Shown one piece after another: positions 60,860 to 64,000 of a stretch of DNA of 64,000 bases. Location of the stretch: the NCBI GenBank assembly GCA_044892525.1, contig CM097885.1, forward strand, positions 9,240,001 through 9,304,000, written 5' to 3'. A program made the position numbers and the translations under genes. The DNA comes from Schmidtea polychroa (lineage: Eukaryota). The notes below the pieces were generated by a model, which had not been told where the DNA came from, did not search any database, and saw nothing but the letters and a program-made list of their open reading frames with translations. Positions within the stretch are counted from its first letter, which is position 1. The number at the start of each line of letters is the position of its first letter.

Positions 60860-63094
60860 ATTATTATTATTATTATTATTATTGTTGGGCCAAGCTTCGA
60901 GAGTGTTGCAAAACAGGTTCAGGATAAATAAGGGGAATAAAATAAATTGCACGAGAAGCACGAAAAATAGAAGAACAAATGAGATTAGATAAACATAACG
61001 GAAATAAAGGGAATAAAATAACTAATGAAAACAATAAAAGACGAAAAATAAGATGAATAAGAAAATAACGCACCCCACATAATAGCATAAGGAAATAAAA
61101 TAATAAATGTAAGGAAAATAAACCAGAAATTAGGAAGTAAAATAAAAATAAATCACCATCAAATAAATACATAAACTAATTAAAACAAAAAATTTATAAT
61201 ATAACCAAAAAACAATAAAGTCACAGGAAAAACAGGAGAGAAATAATAAAAAATAGAAAAATAAATAAAATAATAATAAAAATAGGAAAAAGTCATTAAA
61301 ATATACCTTATTACATTAAAAAACATAGAAATCATAATAAATAATAATATTACACGCAAGTCACGTCCTGATTGGACGAAAAATAATATAAAAGAAATGG
61401 AAAATATCTGTAGAGTACCACTTTTTAACCAAACTCTACAGGTAAAATTTTATTCTTTTTAACAACCACTTTTTAACCAAACTCTACAGAACTATATTCA
61501 AGCACCCCTACAGGACTAGTTAGCAGTATAGCAAGCATTATTCTAACGACAATTCGACGAAATCCACTACAGGAGTCTAACTGAACCAGAGGAAAATCAA
61601 TTCAAGTTGACAATTCGAACTTTTACTATTTGCAACGCTCTCGAAGGGAATTTATTGTAAGTAGAACGTATATGTTGATTTGCGATTAATTTATATAAAT
61701 GAATTAATAAAATATTTTATTCTTAATAAAAATTTATTATCACAAAGATGTTTCTCTCTCTCCATGCTACTGGCGACGATGTCGTCTGGGAATCCAATAT
61801 GATGCGGAAAATTTAGATAAATTGGTGGGAGAAGCTACGAGAATGACTATTAGAAGCGATATTGAGGATCTATGCGAAGCCAGTATGACAATAAAATGAA
61901 ATGATGAAATAATTCGATTTTCATGGAGCGGCATCATATTCGAGACTCAGACGGCGTGGTCGCCAGATAAGTAATTTATCATATAACAAATATCTCACTT
62001 CGAATGTATCCATTTATTTAATTACATCATTCAACTTTACAATGATTTTATGAACATTAAAGAACAATGATTGAGGAGATGGAATCGTCCCTCCTGGCGG
62101 TCTAAGGGCGGTGGCAGCGATGATTGCCGCTCTTAGGTGAGTCAGGAGGAGTGAGGACATCTGAAGAATGACAGTTATTTTACACCAGAAAACTGCCCAC
62201 CGAGTGACGATCGATCAATTTCACCCGATAATTTTTTGAGAAGATGGGAACCTGACGGGATACAGGAAATCCATCGGTTGAGAATCACAGAAAACCTCCA
62301 AGGATTTCGATTTTAGACGAAACGATTTAATTTTCCTTCGTAAACTCCTTATTTCCATGCGGCTATGATCGTTAGATCGGATGTAGGCACGATAACGAGC
62401 AGTGTTTCCTTGTAGCGAAATACCCGATTCGATTGATGAACTGAATGTATGACATTTGCGTGAAGGTCGTCCTTTTGGACCAGGGTCGACCCGAGAATGA
62501 ATGAGATTGTGGGTAAGTCCTTCTAAGGCACCTTAGAACCTGTACCGCGAGTGGGTTAAGAGTAGTCCTCAGGCAGGGGCTCACCTGTTAACCTACTCCA
62601 ACCCGTGTGAGCAGCACCAACGTGGGAACACCGCCACGGGCTCACATGAGGGAATATTAACAAAGTCATGTGATGTATGTTGGGTAAATCTGAGTCCGAT
62701 GTATGGGATTGCATGTCTGACTACGAAAATTTTCTTCTCCCCTTCATACACCAACATTATTATAAATATTTTATTCACTTTATTAAATAGAAAAAAATTG
62801 GTTCATTTTCCCATAAAGCTCATGTTTCATAAATCCATTGATTTTTTTTAAATAATATTTGATTTTTGTAATAAGAAAAACTATTTTGTCAAAATGTAAT
62901 TTTTACCCAAATTTTAAAAATTATATTTCCAAAAGTATATATACATTAATATCAATTGAATAATTTACCAATAGTTTCGATTTAAATTCGATTTAATTTT
63001 AATAATTAAAACAAGCAGACCTACCCATGAAAAGGTAATATCTTGAATGCTTAGCACGTATTTCCAAGCTGTTTTGTTTGATCTTGTATTAAAA

Positions 63095-64000
63095 TTAGGG
63101 TTTCCAAAACGGATATATCGTATCTTATATCCTAGGTTATTTAATCTCATATCCGTATCCGATATCCGCGTAAAAAATGGCGGTTATTTTAAATTAAATT
63201 TTTTTTTAATTTTGAAAGTGATATTGTATGCATTACTCATGATTGTGCTCCAATGATGTTAAAGTACGCGAGAACTTGCCCCGCTAAAATCATTATATGT
63301 TTAAACTTAGACGTTTGTGATTAATTGTATTAACAACACGAACTTGTAGATAATCGTGAAACTGAACCTGACCTACTTGATGATTATGAATACGTTTTTC
63401 AGTATGAGGCCGGTATCGACACCTATGTTGACGAAAATATAACTATTTTTGAACACTTGAAGCTATACTGAAAATTGTGTGCTTTTTAGATATTCTCCAA
63501 TACGCAACAACATCCTGCAAAATTATGTTAAAATCGAATTCCAACATCAATATGAACTAATCCTAGATATTAAGGTTCGATGGAACTCAATTTCACCCAT
63601 GATAGAAAGATTTTTGAAGTTGAAAACGCAAATTTTACAAGCTTTAAATGATTTGAATGCTCATTATTTGATGGATAAAGTTGACTTTGAAATATTAAAA
63701 AATATCTATCTTTCTCTACAGCCCATAAAACTAGCAGTGGAAGCATTAAGTCGAAAAGACACAAATATTTAAGGTATTTTATCCTTCTTGAAAAACTAAA
63801 TGGAAACATTCAATTCGAAATAAGTCGCGATTTGTTAAAGTCAATTGAAAATCGAATTGTATCAAGAAAAAATGATAATATTACTGCTTTACTAAAATTT
63901 CTTGTTAACCCAACTTCAACAAAATCCACTCTTAGTTTTGCTTCAGGTTTTATGAAGAGACTTTTCCCTTCTGAGGCTAAAGAAGAAGTTCTGTGTGAAG
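63095..64000 (+). mobile_element. hAT transposon remnant, runs off the window end
   Basis: TAGGG start with ATCCG subterminal motifs; FRYSPIRNNILQ...LILDIKVRWNS..PMIERFLKLK...L.PIKLAVEALS. Confidence 0.7.

Overview
Very AT-rich eukaryotic genomic DNA with ~42-50 nt introns, (AAT)n microsatellites and duplicated TRAF genes. An invertebrate such as a planarian is plausible, but that is inference only. The main feature is a ~15 kb Polinton/Maverick (adintovirus-like) endogenous virus at 10796-25775 with all ten ORFs open: pPolB, a stand-alone copy of the pPolB C-terminus, a GasderminX-like protein, fiber, penton, adenain-like protease, a conserved unknown, a protein-X-like protein, packaging ATPase, a ZnF-PLA2-integrase fusion and major capsid protein. 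Its most unexpected part is the non-coding right end. This holds 3 clear and 1 weaker tRNA-derived RNA polymerase III-type units spaced ~240 bp apart, followed by nested stems and a poly(A)-loop hairpin, a candidate VA-RNA/TMER-like small-RNA locus. The termini are also unusual: each TIR contains an internal inverted copy of the terminal motif, and the element has a 91-bp flanking duplication instead of a 6-bp TSD. A second, non-coding 8.8 kb element (40254-49079) has Polinton-type AGTAGT ends, a 6-bp TSD and multi-kb modular inverted arms. Host genes are a TRAF pseudogene, an intact 4-exon TRAF, SAP30BP and a probable HROB 5' part. The rest is a deleted Gypsy element, a Tc1 element, a MITE, and hAT, Penelope and LINE debris. 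All calls were made by eye; no searches were run.
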